The translations under genes were made by a program, and so were the position numbers. Shown here piece by piece: positions 30,601-40,938 of a stretch of DNA of 64,000 nt. How positions within the stretch are numbered: position 1 is the stretch's first letter; each line of letters starts with the position of its first letter. Source of the stretch: an uncultured Acidimicrobiia bacterium (GTDB lineage: Bacteria > Actinomycetota > Acidimicrobiia > IMCC26256 > CAWATG01); NCBI GenBank assembly GCA_963785035.1, contig CAWATG010000005.1, forward strand, positions 287 through 64,286. The letters run 5' to 3'. Under the pieces are notes generated by a model, which saw nothing but the letters and a program-made list of their open reading frames with translations, ran no database searches and had not been told where the DNA came from.

Positions 30601-32402
30601 TCAAGACCGCCTGCCCCATCGCTGACGTCGAAGGTAGCGTCGAGCTCGACGGCTGCGAACACCGCTTGCTCGGCATCCAACAACTCCGAAACCGTGTTTG
30701 GGTACAGGAAGAAGGTCGGCAGTTCGAGGAGGCGTGCCGCCTCGGGGCGTTCGGTCAACAACGGTTGGCGAGGCCCGAGGCAGGTTCGCAACGACATGAC
30801 GAGCCGTTCGCGCAAATGATCGATCGGAGGATTGCTCACTTGGGCGAAGCGTTGCTTGAGAAAGTGGAACACGGGACGACTGCGGCGCGACACCGCGGCG
30901 AACGGCGTGTCGTCACCCATCGAGAACGTCGGCTCTTTGGCATCGGTGGCCATGGGCTTGAGCACCATGGTCACATCCTCCTTGGTGAGCCCAAAGGCGC
31001 GCTGGGCGCGCGTGAGAACGTCAGGGTCAGGAGGCGCCGAAATGGCCCGACCGAGAGGAAGTGACAGGAGCCCGTCGGCAGCCCAACGGCCATACGGTGC
31101 TTGGCGTGCGAGGTCGCCCTTGATGTCCTGGTCGTGGAGCAATCCGCCCGCGTCCGGGTCCACACAGAGCATCTGTCCCGGACCGAGACGCCCACGTCGG
31201 ATCTTGCCGTGGCCGCTGAGTGGCACAGCACCAACCTCTGATGCCACCACGACCAGACCATCGTCGCACTGAAGCCAACGCAGCGGGCGTAGTCCGTTGC
31301 GGTCAAGCGATGCGCCAACGCGCGTGCCGTCGGTGAAAACAAGGCCGGCAGGCCCGTCCCATGGGTCCGAGAAACTGGCGTGGTAGCGGTAGAAGTCGCG
31401 CACACCTGGCGCAACCTCACGATGCCCTTCCCACGCTTCGGGCACCAACATGGCAACGGCATGTCGGACATCACGCCCGGCGCGAGTGAGGAGCTCGACG
31501 GCATTGTCGAGCCTGCCTGAATCAGAGTCGTACTCGTCGAACAGTGGACGGAACGCGTCTTCAGGGCCGAGACCGACCTCAACCGTACCGAGCCGACCGC
31601 GTGCCTCCATGCGCCGGATATTGCCGTCGATCGTGTTGATCTCTCCGTTGTGACAGAGGAAGCGGAATGGCTGCGCGCGCTCCCATGCCGGAGCAGTGTT
31701 TGTCGAGAATCGAGAGTGGAAGATCGCGAACGGTGCGATGAAGTCCTCGGCGCCGAGGTCGTCATAGAACGGCTGCAGCCGGTCACTGATCACGAGCGCC
31801 TTGTACGTGACGGTGAGGAATGACCAACTTGCGAAGTAGTGCCGCACGCCGTCGGAGATGCACTGCCGCTCTGCTGCTCGGCGCGCCCGATAGCACCGCC
31901 GTTCGACATCATCATCGTTGACGCCCCGGCCATCAGAATCCGTTGGCCTGCGGAGGATGCCGTGGAGTATCGCCGGCATCTCGACACGGGCCGCGGCACC
32001 GATGTGGGACTCGTCGATGGGTACGGCACGCCACCCCAACAGATCGATACCCTCGGCCTCAAGCGCGCTCGCCACGTTGCGCTGTGCGACCGAGCGCGAC
32101 GCCGCATCATCACAGTCGAAGAAGGCCGTGATGACACCGACCTGCGAAGCGTCAACTTCGACACCGAGATCCTGCTTGGCGACCCTTGCAAAGAAAGCCT
32201 TCGGGATCGGCACGAGAAGACCCGCGCCATCGCCCGAAACGCCATCGGCAGCGATCGCGCCGCGGTGACGGACACCAGCGAGACCTTGGAGGGCAAGCTC
32301 GACAATCGCGCGCGACGACTCGCCACTCGACTGAGCAACAAATCCGATACCGCAGCTGTCGAGCTCGGCGCGGGCTCGAGCAGGAGTGAGATGGCGCGTC
32401 AT
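27639..32402 (-). pseudogene. gltB: Glutamate synthase large subunit (GltB); two frame breaks as assembled
   Basis: N-terminal amidotransferase domain (LDSCGIGFVAQ). FMN/Fe-S domain ([55 protein letters not shown]). C-terminal GXGXG domain (VVEGTGDHACEYMTGG). It reads through ORFs 29760..32402 -> 28219..29859 -> 27639..28664, with breaks near ~29880 and ~28560. Confidence 0.85.
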
Positions 32403-32640
32403 GGTGCTCCTCGTCGCGAGTGAAAAGGGGCCGGCGTGAAACGGGCGAGAGCCTCTCGACGCTCGCCCACGACCGCCACTTCCACACCAACTGACCGTGT
32501 CTAGGGGGTAGAGAGGGGTGGGGGGTCCGTTACAGGCGACGCCGGTGTCGCACCGAGAAGCCTAGCGGGGGGCATCACCGTGCCCCGAGCCGATTAGCGT
32601 TCACGCCAACGTCGGCCGTCGACCAAGGGGATTTCTGGCC

Positions 32641-33750
32641 GTGACAAAGGTCGCAGTACTTGGAGGGGGACAGCTGGGTCGCATGTTGGGCCTCGCTGCG
32701 TTGCCACTCGGTGTCACGGTCTCCTTCCTTGATCCCAATCCCGACGCGCCCGCCGGTTCTGTGGGGTCATTGGTCATCGGAACACTCGACGATGCCGCCT
32801 CGTTGCAGCAAGTCACCAAAGGGGCCACCGTCACGACCTATGAGTGGGAAGGTGTTCCGGCAACATCTGCGGAACTGGTGACCTCACTCACACCCGTGTA
32901 TCCGCCTGTGGGCGCGTTGGCCGTCTCGCAGGATCGGTTGGCGGAGAAGACGATGTTCACGTCGTTAGGTGTCGCCGTCGCTCCATTCCGTCAGGTCGAT
33001 TCGCTCGATGAGCTGCGACGAGCTGTCGAAGAGCTCGGACTTCCCGCAATCCTCAAGACGAGGCGCGGCGGCTACGACGGAAAGGGCCAGGTCGTACTCA
33101 GCGCTCCTGGTGAAATCCCGGCGGCGTGGGACGAACTGGGCGGTGCGGCTCTCATCCTGGAAGCACTTGTTCCCTTCACGCGCGAACTGTCGATCCTGTG
33201 CGCCCGCGGCGTCGACGGCTCGACAGTCGTGTGGCCATTGACCGAGAACACGCACAGCAATGGCATCTTGCGAGTGAGTCGCGCACCGGCGCCGTTGTTG
33301 ACACCCGAGCTCGTCGATGCGGCACAGTCGATCGCCACACGCACCATGGAGCACCTCGATTACCGAGGTGTGCTGGCAATCGAGCTCTTCCAACACGGAG
33401 AGGCGTTACTCGCCAACGAAATGGCGCCACGGGTACACAACTCGGGCCACTGGACGATCGAGGGTTCAGTCACGAGCCAGTTCGAGAATCACCTGCGTGC
33501 AATCCTCGGCCTGCCGCTCGGAGTCACCGACGCACGCGGCGCGAGTGTCATGGTGAATTGCATCGGTGGCATGCCGGACCGTCACGATGTGCTCGCTATT
33601 CCCGGTGCTCATTTTCACGACTACGGCAAAGCAGCTCGTCCAGGCCGCAAGGTGGGACACATCACGCTCACCGCAAGCGATGCCGATGCAAAGCTGCTCT
33701 CGCAACGTCTCGCTACGCTGCAGTCCCTGATTTCCGACGCTTCGAGATAG
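32641..33750 (+). CDS. purK: N5-carboxyaminoimidazole ribonucleotide synthase
   Basis: Intact 369-aa ATP-grasp protein with VAVLGGGQLGRML, RRGGYDGKGQ and NEMAPRVHNSGHWT. Confidence 0.85.
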   Translation: MTKVAVLGGGQLGRMLGLAALPLGVTVSFLDPNPDAPAGSVGSLVIGTLDDAASLQQVTKGATVTTYEWEGVPATSAELVTSLTPVYPPVGALAVSQDRLAEKTMFTSLGVAVAPFRQVDSLDELRRAVEELGLPAILKTRRGGYDGKGQVVLSAPGEIPAAWDELGGAALILEALVPFTRELSILCARGVDGSTVVWPLTENTHSNGILRVSRAPAPLLTPELVDAAQSIATRTMEHLDYRGVLAIELFQHGEALLANEMAPRVHNSGHWTIEGSVTSQFENHLRAILGLPLGVTDARGASVMVNCIGGMPDRHDVLAIPGAHFHDYGKAARPGRKVGHITLTASDADAKLLSQRLATLQSLISDASR

Positions 33751-33761
33751 CCGAGGCACCT

Positions 33762-34535
33762 GTGCGCATCGCCACCTGGAACGTCAATTCCCTGAAGGCT
33801 CGGCTTCCGCGCGTCGAGGAGTGGATCAGCACCGCCGCGCCCGATGTGCTGTGCCTGCAGGAAACGAAGATGACCGACCGGGCATTTCCCCACCTGACGT
33901 TCTCCGCGCTGGGCTATGAAAGTGTCCACCATGGTCAAGGACAGTGGAATGGCGTTGCAATCCTCTCGCGTGTCGGCATCGACGATGTATCGAGTGGATT
34001 CGGCACCCTCACTGATCCCTACGAAGGTGATGCCCGCCTGATCACCGCGACGTGTGGCGGTGTCACGGTTTCATCGGTCTATGTGCCCAACGGTCGCGAG
34101 CTGGCAACAGAGCACTACGAGCGCAAGCTCGTCTGGCTCGATGTGCTCAGAGAGTGGATCGCAATGACGTGCACTCCCAGCGATCCCTACGTCATCCTCG
34201 GCGACTTCAACGTCGCTCCCGACGACCGCGACGTCTGGAGCATGGAGGCCTTCGTCGGCGCGACCCACGTCAGCGAACCCGAACGGGCCGCACTGGCTGC
34301 GCTTCGTGCATGGGGACTCGTCGACGTGTTCCGCCAGCACTATGAAGAAGACGGCCTCTTCACCTATTGGGACTACCGCGGCGGTGCATTCCACCAGGGA
34401 CGCGGTATGCGGATCGACCTCGCCTACGCGACCGAGCCCGTCGCTCGACGCTGCACTTGGGCAATTGTCGATCGCAACGCACGCAAGGGGAAGCAGCCGT
34501 CCGACCACACGCCCCTCATCATCGAACTCGACTGA
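33762..34535 (+). CDS. xthA: Exodeoxyribonuclease III (AP endonuclease)
   Basis: Start at GTG 33762 (VRIATWNVNSLKARL). Motifs CLQETK, LGDFNVAP and a C-terminal SDHTPLIIEL. The 469-aa track ORF over-extends into purK. Confidence 0.85.
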   Translation: MRIATWNVNSLKARLPRVEEWISTAAPDVLCLQETKMTDRAFPHLTFSALGYESVHHGQGQWNGVAILSRVGIDDVSSGFGTLTDPYEGDARLITATCGGVTVSSVYVPNGRELATEHYERKLVWLDVLREWIAMTCTPSDPYVILGDFNVAPDDRDVWSMEAFVGATHVSEPERAALAALRAWGLVDVFRQHYEEDGLFTYWDYRGGAFHQGRGMRIDLAYATEPVARRCTWAIVDRNARKGKQPSDHTPLIIELD

Positions 34536-34607
34536 TCAGCCCAGATCGACCGAACGTCAAGCGTGCCGGGTCACTCCCGACACGTTCCGCTCGCTTGGGA
34601 TGCGTCG

Positions 34608-35579
34608 CTAGCTCCGTGCTTTCAAGGCCTCGATCAGCTTCGGCACAACCTTTGATGCGTCGCCGACGATGCCGAGGTCAGCCACACCGAAGATGGGAGC
34701 TTCGGCGTCCTTGTTGATCGCGATGATGTTGTCCGAGCCCTTCATCCCCACCAGATGCTGCGTCGCACCAGAAATCCCAATCGCGATGTACACCTTGGGC
34801 TTGACGATTTTGCCGGTCTGGCCGACCTGCTTCGAATAAGGCACCCATCCAGCGTCGACGATGGCGCGCGACGCGCCCGACGCTCCGGAAAGCAGGCGAG
34901 CCAACTCCTCGACGAACGGGTCGAAGTTCTCTTTGGCGCCGATACCCCGGCCGCCAGAAACGACCACGGTCGCATCTTCGAGCTTCGGACCCTCGCGCTC
35001 CTCGACGTGGCGCTCTAAGACCTGGGTCTCGCCGGAACGACCGAGGTCACCAGACCCCGCCACCTCGACAACAGCTGCAGGACCGCCGCTCGGCTCGGCC
35101 GCGAACGACTTCGGGCGAATCGCCGCGAGATACGGCTTGGGACCCGTGAACTTCGTGTCGACGAGCGTGTTGCCACCAAAAATTGCCGTTCCGACAACCA
35201 ACGTGTCGCCATCGACGGCCAACGACATGCCGTTGGTCAGCACGGTACGGTCCAGCCGAGCCGACAAACGCGACACAGCATCGCGACCGTCATAGCTCTG
35301 AGCGAACAGCACGACGTCGGGACCCTGCGTCTCGACCAGCGCCGCCAACGCCGCTGCTCCGACCACGCCAGCCTGCATCGACCCCGGGTCGACGGCAAAG
35401 ACCTTGGTCGCGCCGTATTCGCCAAGGGTCGAAGCCAGCGCTTCGGCGTTCGTACCGACGAGCACAGCCTCAACAGTCCCGCCGAGTTCACGGGCTTTTG
35501 TCAGCAATTCGAGCGTCGCGGCATTGGGCTTGTCGCCGTCGGCCTCTGCATACACCCAGATCTTCGAAAGCGCCATCAT
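34608..35579 (-). CDS. etfA: Electron transfer flavoprotein alpha subunit
   Basis: Start at ATG 35579 ([12 protein letters not shown]). FAD-binding C-terminal region VSGGRGIG...[16 protein letters not shown]. Confidence 0.9.
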   Translation of the reverse strand: MMALSKIWVYAEADGDKPNAATLELLTKARELGGTVEAVLVGTNAEALASTLGEYGATKVFAVDPGSMQAGVVGAAALAALVETQGPDVVLFAQSYDGRDAVSRLSARLDRTVLTNGMSLAVDGDTLVVGTAIFGGNTLVDTKFTGPKPYLAAIRPKSFAAEPSGGPAAVVEVAGSGDLGRSGETQVLERHVEEREGPKLEDATVVVSGGRGIGAKENFDPFVEELARLLSGASGASRAIVDAGWVPYSKQVGQTGKIVKPKVYIAIGISGATQHLVGMKGSDNIIAINKDAEAPIFGVADLGIVGDASKVVPKLIEALKARS

Positions 35580-35592
35580 CAATCCCTTTTCC

Positions 35593-36369
35593 CTAGACGA
35601 GCTTGAGCTGCTCGAGGAACGCGACGACCTGCTCGTGTGCAGTGCCGTCGTCTTCGATCTTGGTACCGGCCTGACGTTGCGGCGCGTCGGTGATCGACAC
35701 GATCTCCTGGCCGGAGCCCGCCCAACCAACGGAGTCGAGGCCAAGATCAGCAGCCGTCACAGCATCCACTGGCTTGTTCTTCGCGGCCATGATCCCTTTG
35801 AAGGATGGATACCGTGGCTCGACCACACCGGCTGTCACACTCACGACGGCGGGCAACGAAGCCTGTACGACATCGTATCCGGCTTCGGTTTGCCGTTGGA
35901 TCGTGACCTTGCCGTCGGCGATCTCGACATTCTTGGCGAAGGTCAGCGAAGGCCAGCCAAGCAGCTCGGCAACCTGTGCGGGAATCGTGCCGGAGTATCC
36001 GTCCGTTGACTCTGTAGCAGTCAGCACCAAGTCAATGTCGCCGACACGCTCGACGGACTTCGCGATGACCTTTGCGGTACCCAGCGCGTCCGACCCAGCG
36101 AGCGCCGGGTCCGAGATCAGCACAGCCTTCGAAGCGCCCATCGCCAGCGCAGTGCGCAAGCCCGAAACCTCACCATTCGGGGCCATCGAGATCAACGTGA
36201 CCTCGCCACTCCCGGCTGCCGCAACGAGCAGCAACGCCATCTCGACGCCATAGCTATCGGATTCGTCGAGAATGAGCTTGCCTTCACGCTTCATCGTTTT
36301 ACTTCCGGCATCAAGGGCGCCGGGCACGGTCGGGTCTGGAATCTGCTTGACGCAGACGGCGACGTTCAT
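35593..36369 (-). CDS. etfB: Electron transfer flavoprotein beta subunit
   Basis: Start at ATG 36369 (MNVAVCVKQIPD). It lies 13 bp upstream of etfA on the same strand. Confidence 0.9.
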   Translation of the reverse strand: MNVAVCVKQIPDPTVPGALDAGSKTMKREGKLILDESDSYGVEMALLLVAAAGSGEVTLISMAPNGEVSGLRTALAMGASKAVLISDPALAGSDALGTAKVIAKSVERVGDIDLVLTATESTDGYSGTIPAQVAELLGWPSLTFAKNVEIADGKVTIQRQTEAGYDVVQASLPAVVSVTAGVVEPRYPSFKGIMAAKNKPVDAVTAADLGLDSVGWAGSGQEIVSITDAPQRQAGTKIEDDGTAHEQVVAFLEQLKLV

Positions 36370-36542
36370 CAGTGATCGCTCCACGGAGTAACGGATGTAA
36401 CGGGATGTGATCTGGCGAAGGTACGGACACGGCCGGTCGCTTTGCGCCGTGGCGGCCAAGATTGTGACCCCAATCGCACTGGTGATGCCAAACGGATGCC
36501 AAACCGATACCAAACCGGGCATGGGAGGTACCGTCGTCGGCG

Positions 36543-37814
36543 ATGATGACACGAGGCGCTGGGGCGCCAACGAACAACCTGGACGTCGAAGTTCTCGTCG
36601 TCGGCGCAGGCCCCGCCGGGACGGCTGCAGCGATCCAGGCGCAGCGGCACGGACTCGGGGTACTCGTCCTCGACAAGGCGCGGTTCCCGCGGGACAAGAC
36701 CTGCGGTGACGGACTGACAACCTCGGCGTTACGACACCTCGAGACACTCGGCCTCGATCTGGGGGCATTGACGACGTATGAACCAGTGCGCGACATCCTG
36801 CTCGTCGGGCCAGATGGTCGCGAAGTCGAGCTGCGCCTGCCCGATGGTGGCCAACATGCGGGTGTCGTGCCTCGTCTTGAACTCGATGCAGCGCTGGTCG
36901 CATTGACTCGTTCCAATGGGATCGAAATCCACGAAGGCCGAATGCTTACCTCGGTCGCCATGCAGGACCATTGCGCTATCGCCGTGCTCGACAACGGCAC
37001 ACACGTTCACGCCCGTTTCATCGTGGCCGCCGACGGGCACTTCTCGAGCGTTCGCCGGGCGCTCGCGAGCAGCGCCCTCGACAATGCCGCAACTGTTCCG
37101 GGCACGTGGCACGCGTTCCGCCAGTACTTCTCGGGCGTCGAAGAACGCCGACTCTCCGTGCTCTTCGAACGAGACCTCCTGCCGGGATACGCGTGGATCT
37201 TCCCACTGCCCGATGGACGCGCCAACGTCGGCCTCGGCGTGCTCCGATCCACCGCGACCACTGGCAAGGGGCTCGCGTCCCTCTGGCGCGAACTGCTCGA
37301 GCGCGACTCGATCCGGAAGGTGCTCGGCACGACAGCAGAGCCGATCGATCGTCACCGGGCGTGGCCCATTCCCACCAACTTCCACCCCGATCGCCTGAGC
37401 TCGGGACGAGCGCTCTTTGTGGGCGACGCCGCAGGCGTGGTGGACCCGATGACCGGTGAGGGAATCGGTCAAGCGCTCGAAACGGGAATGCTCGCGGCCG
37501 ACTCGATCGCGCAGCATCGCTCATCGACCGACGACCACCCTGGTGCGGTCGCGACGACATACCGTCATCGCGTCGAACGAGCGCTCGGACGGGACTTACG
37601 CTTCGCGACACGACTCCAACAGCTCAATGGCTCACGTCTCGCCCTCACCGCAACGCTGCGCGCTGTCGACGCGAGCCCCTGGACGCGAAACAACTTCGCG
37701 CGCTGGCTCTTCGAGGACTATCCCCGCGCACTGCTGCTGACCCCCAGCCGGTGGCGACGTCACACCATTCAGCGCCCGACACCCTACGGTTCGTACACTG
37801 GACCGTCACGATGA
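36543..37814 (+). CDS. Geranylgeranyl-reductase-family FAD-dependent oxidoreductase
   Basis: Motifs VLVVGAGPAGTAAA, KTCGDGL and FVGDAAGVVDPMTGEGI. Intact 423-aa ORF, divergent from etfBA. Confidence 0.8.
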   Translation: MMTRGAGAPTNNLDVEVLVVGAGPAGTAAAIQAQRHGLGVLVLDKARFPRDKTCGDGLTTSALRHLETLGLDLGALTTYEPVRDILLVGPDGREVELRLPDGGQHAGVVPRLELDAALVALTRSNGIEIHEGRMLTSVAMQDHCAIAVLDNGTHVHARFIVAADGHFSSVRRALASSALDNAATVPGTWHAFRQYFSGVEERRLSVLFERDLLPGYAWIFPLPDGRANVGLGVLRSTATTGKGLASLWRELLERDSIRKVLGTTAEPIDRHRAWPIPTNFHPDRLSSGRALFVGDAAGVVDPMTGEGIGQALETGMLAADSIAQHRSSTDDHPGAVATTYRHRVERALGRDLRFATRLQQLNGSRLALTATLRAVDASPWTRNNFARWLFEDYPRALLLTPSRWRRHTIQRPTPYGSYTGPSR

Positions 37815-38509
37815 TGACTCACTGGTTGCGGACCCCGCATTGGTCAAGCACGATCCCGATGGAGACCCCGCACCCTCGCCTCGACGTGTTAGCCGAAACG
37901 GGCTACGTCGTACTGCAGGATCTCGATCCACCGATCCCCGAGCATGAGTACGCCGACCTCGAATACTTCGAATACAAGTCGGGTGGCGACACCGACTGGG
38001 CGCCGATCGCATCGCGCTCTGGCGGCGTCGACCTCGCCAACTTCTGGTCTCCAGGCGACGAACGTCCGGACAAGGACTTTCAACTCTGCGCGAATGCCGA
38101 CCGCGCGCCCAGCATCAAACGATACGTGCAGTCCGTACACGCCAACTTCGGCCGCGTGCGCATCATCCGTTTGCGTACCCAGGACTACGACGCTGCACGG
38201 CTGCAGATCCACCGCGACGACAACAACCGCTTCAACGACGACGACAGCGGATGGGTCGTGCGATCGTGGTTGGAACTCTCCGGCAACGCCGAAAGCTTCA
38301 TGATCCTGATGGAACAGGGTGAAGACGGCCTTCCCGATCCTGGCACCGAGATCCGGATTCCCCTGCACCGCGGCGCGCAGTTCGTCATCGACACCCAGCG
38401 GTTGTGGCACGTCGTATGCCATCCACGTCCGGAGCCGCGTTATGCGCTCATCTCGAGCTGGGAATCAGGTCCCGCGCTCGATGCGTGGATCAACTCGCAA
38501 CTTCCGTAG
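37811..38509 (+). CDS. Hypothetical protein, possible cupin/2OG-Fe(II)-oxygenase fold (aspartyl/asparaginyl beta-hydroxylase-like HxD...H)
   Basis: Its ATG overlaps the upstream stop (ATGATGA). LQIHRDDN (HxD) and RLWHVVCH follow the order expected for AspH-type cupins. Both fold and function are tentative. Confidence 0.45.
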   Translation: MMTHWLRTPHWSSTIPMETPHPRLDVLAETGYVVLQDLDPPIPEHEYADLEYFEYKSGGDTDWAPIASRSGGVDLANFWSPGDERPDKDFQLCANADRAPSIKRYVQSVHANFGRVRIIRLRTQDYDAARLQIHRDDNNRFNDDDSGWVVRSWLELSGNAESFMILMEQGEDGLPDPGTEIRIPLHRGAQFVIDTQRLWHVVCHPRPEPRYALISSWESGPALDAWINSQLP

Positions 38510-38744
38510 ACCCATGATTTGGCTCGTCCGGGAACGGGCAATGCCGACAGCCGCTTCCGCAACACTTCCCGTTCGCCAAGAGCGCCACACGCGTGAAAAC
38601 GAAGAACCCCGTCAATGGATCGGTGTAACCCGACACCCCGGCGGCGATGGCCGCATTGTGGGCGTTCTCAACCTCACCATTGGATGCGGCGTCGTCCTCG
38701 CGCATCGTCTGACGTTGTGAAAGCTCATCGTCAGACATTGCCAT
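38490..38744 (-). CDS. Small Cys-motif protein (DUF5522-like, CCGSGCRHCPF)
   Basis: 84-aa ORF ending in ...LANGKCCGSGCRHCPFPDE.... It overlaps the upstream gene end convergently by 20 bp. Confidence 0.55.
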   Translation of the reverse strand: MAMSDDELSQRQTMREDDAASNGEVENAHNAAIAAGVSGYTDPLTGFFVFTRVALLANGKCCGSGCRHCPFPDEPNHGSTEVAS

Positions 38745-38844
38745 CTACCCAGATTACGGACTGCCCAATCGGAGGTCCGAGCAGAACGGCAGCGCCGCGC
38801 GGCACAATGACCGGGTGCCCCAGCATCGCCACGCAAAGCCCACG

Positions 38845-39715
38845 ATGAAGCCGTCACGCATCGAGACCGGGCCCGTCTCCATCGCAGTGCAGGACTGGGG
38901 AGGTGATGGCCACCCGACACTCTTGGCGCACGCAACGGCGTTTCACGGCGTGACGTGGAAACCCGTGGCCGAACGGCTGGTCGCCGCCGGACGCCGCGTG
39001 TGGTCCTTTGATTTCCGAGGTCAAGGCGAAAGTGATCCATCACCCGACGGATACTCGTGGGAAGGATTCGCCGACGACGTCCTTACGGTTGTCGATGCCC
39101 TGGGCATCTCCGGAAATCCGGAACTCCTCGGCGTCGGCCTCTCGAAGGGCGCCACGGCATTACTGCTCGCGCAACTCCGCAGACCTGACGCTTTCGGGTA
39201 CCTCTACTGCTTCGAGCCAATCGTGTTCCCGTTCGATGCTGCGTTGCCGCATCCCGATGCCAACCCCCTTGCCGCTGGAGCACTCAAACGACGCGCCGTG
39301 TGGGAATCGACCGACCAGGCCTTGGCCTCCTACGGCGCACGCCCTCCGCTCGGCGTCTTGCACCCGGATGCCCTGCGCGCCGTACGTCGAGTACGGCTTG
39401 CGCGAGGAATCCGACGGGAGCTTCTCGTTGAAGTGCGCTCCGGAGGTCGAGGCTGCGATCTACTCGATGAGCCTGAGCCACGGAGCGTTTGGGCGACTTG
39501 GAGAGATAGCGATCCCGGTTGCGGTCGTCAGCGGCGAGACGACGAACGCGTTGACACCGCAATTCGCCGCCTTGGTTGCCGACGGGCTGATCAACGGCCA
39601 TCTGGAAGTGATGCCTGGCCTCGGCCACTTCGGGCCTCTCGAGGATCCCGACACGATCGTGGCCTCCATCCTGCGCTTCGCCTCGGAGTATCGGACAGGA
39701 AGCAAGGCCCATTGA
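38845..39715 (+). pseudogene. Alpha/beta-hydrolase fold protein; one frame break as assembled
   Basis: Reading: LLAHATAFHG...FDFRGQGES...GVGLSKGA (nucleophile elbow) ...HPDALRA -> YVEYGLREESDGSFSLKCAPEVEAAIY...PGLGHFGPLEDP. The break is near ~39380. The start is ATG 38845 or 38815. Confidence 0.7.
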
Positions 39716-39763
39716 CCCAGCTTTGGGACCGATTGGTGGTCATCGGTGTGCGAAGCTGTGCCC

Positions 39764-40105
39764 ATGGATATCGAACAGTTCTATGACGCCGACCCCCGCC
39801 GACGTACCTCCGACGAGGTCGAGTTCGGTCGCGACTGGCACGATTCCGCTGGTACCCGTTTCGCCTTGTCCTGGGTTGTCGACACCGGCGAGCTGTACCT
39901 GATGCGAGAGCCGATCGAACCGATCGAGCAGGATCCGCTCGGCGACACGTGGATGCCCGATCTTCCAACCGATGCCCTGACCGTCGAGATCCTCGCCACA
40001 CTCCCCGACAGGGCGACAGTGGACGCCGAACTCGATGACTGGCAGACAGCCATGGCCAAACCCGACAGTGTCATGTGGTTGCGTCAACGCACCAGCACAT
40101 CTTGA
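39764..40105 (+). CDS. Conserved hypothetical protein
   Basis: Starts MDIEQFYDADPRRR.... The ORF ends 2 nt before the next gene start. I recognise no domain. Confidence 0.5.
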   Translation: MDIEQFYDADPRRRTSDEVEFGRDWHDSAGTRFALSWVVDTGELYLMREPIEPIEQDPLGDTWMPDLPTDALTVEILATLPDRATVDAELDDWQTAMAKPDSVMWLRQRTSTS

Positions 40106-40107
40106 CA

Positions 40108-40938
40108 ATGGGCATCGAACTGCCGTCGAGCCTGTCGCCAAGTTCGGTCTCCGCCTTCAAGGACTGTCCGCTCGCGTTCAAGTTCAGCTACCTCGATCGG
40201 CTGCCCCAACCACCGTCTCCTGCGATGACCAAAGGCACGCTGGTTCACAGGGCCCTCGAACGCCTGCACGGCCGTCCGGCCGACGAACGGCTGCTCGACG
40301 CCGCGCTGACCGACCTCGATGATGCCCGGGCCGAGATGGCAACCCACCCCGACATCACCGAACTGGAACTGACTGACGAGGAGTGGGACAGCTTCTATCG
40401 CGATGCCAAGACACTGGTCGAGCGATATTTCGAAATCGAGGACCCGCGAACGGTTCGTACGGTGGGCTTGGAACTCAAGCTCAGCGCACGGATCGGTCGT
40501 CTCACCTTGCGTGGCATCATCGACCGCCTCGACCTCGACGAGAACGGCGAGCTCGTCGTCATCGATTACAAGACCGGTGCCGTTCCCTCCGAGTTCTTCG
40601 AGAATGCTCGTCTCTCCGGCGTACACATCTATGCATTGCTCGTACAGCAGGTGTTCGGGCGCCGACCTGCCAGTGTGCAGCTTCTCTATCTCGCAAAACC
40701 CTTGGCAATCGTCGCCACACCCTCAGAGCAGTCGCTCCGCGGCGTCACGAGCAAGACAAGCGCTATCTGGACAGCCGTCGAGCGCGCCTGCGCCAACGAC
40801 GACTTCCGTCCCAGGCCGTCCGCGCTCTGCGACTACTGCACCTTCAAGCCATATTGTCCTGCACACGGAGGAAATCCTGCCGATGCACAGCAGTTGCTCG
40901 AGCCGATGACTGCCCTACCGATGGCAACCACACCATGA
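40108..40938 (+). CDS. PD-(D/E)XK nuclease, RecB/Cas4-like with Cys cluster
   Basis: Start at ATG 40108. The nuclease core is RGIIDRLDLDENGELVVIDYKTG (D...D/E-x-K). It has one N-terminal Cys (FKDCPLAF) plus a C-terminal CDYCTFKPYC (C-x2-C-x5-C), typical of an Fe-S nuclease. Confidence 0.75.
   Translation: MGIELPSSLSPSSVSAFKDCPLAFKFSYLDRLPQPPSPAMTKGTLVHRALERLHGRPADERLLDAALTDLDDARAEMATHPDITELELTDEEWDSFYRDAKTLVERYFEIEDPRTVRTVGLELKLSARIGRLTLRGIIDRLDLDENGELVVIDYKTGAVPSEFFENARLSGVHIYALLVQQVFGRRPASVQLLYLAKPLAIVATPSEQSLRGVTSKTSAIWTAVERACANDDFRPRPSALCDYCTFKPYCPAHGGNPADAQQLLEPMTALPMATTP

Noticed and set aside
32420-32442. GTGAAAA...GTGAAAC direct repeat upstream of gltB, considered as a GlnR-type box.
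   Set aside because: The spacing and the upstream half-sites do not fit the gTnAc-N6-GaAAc pattern when laid out base by base.
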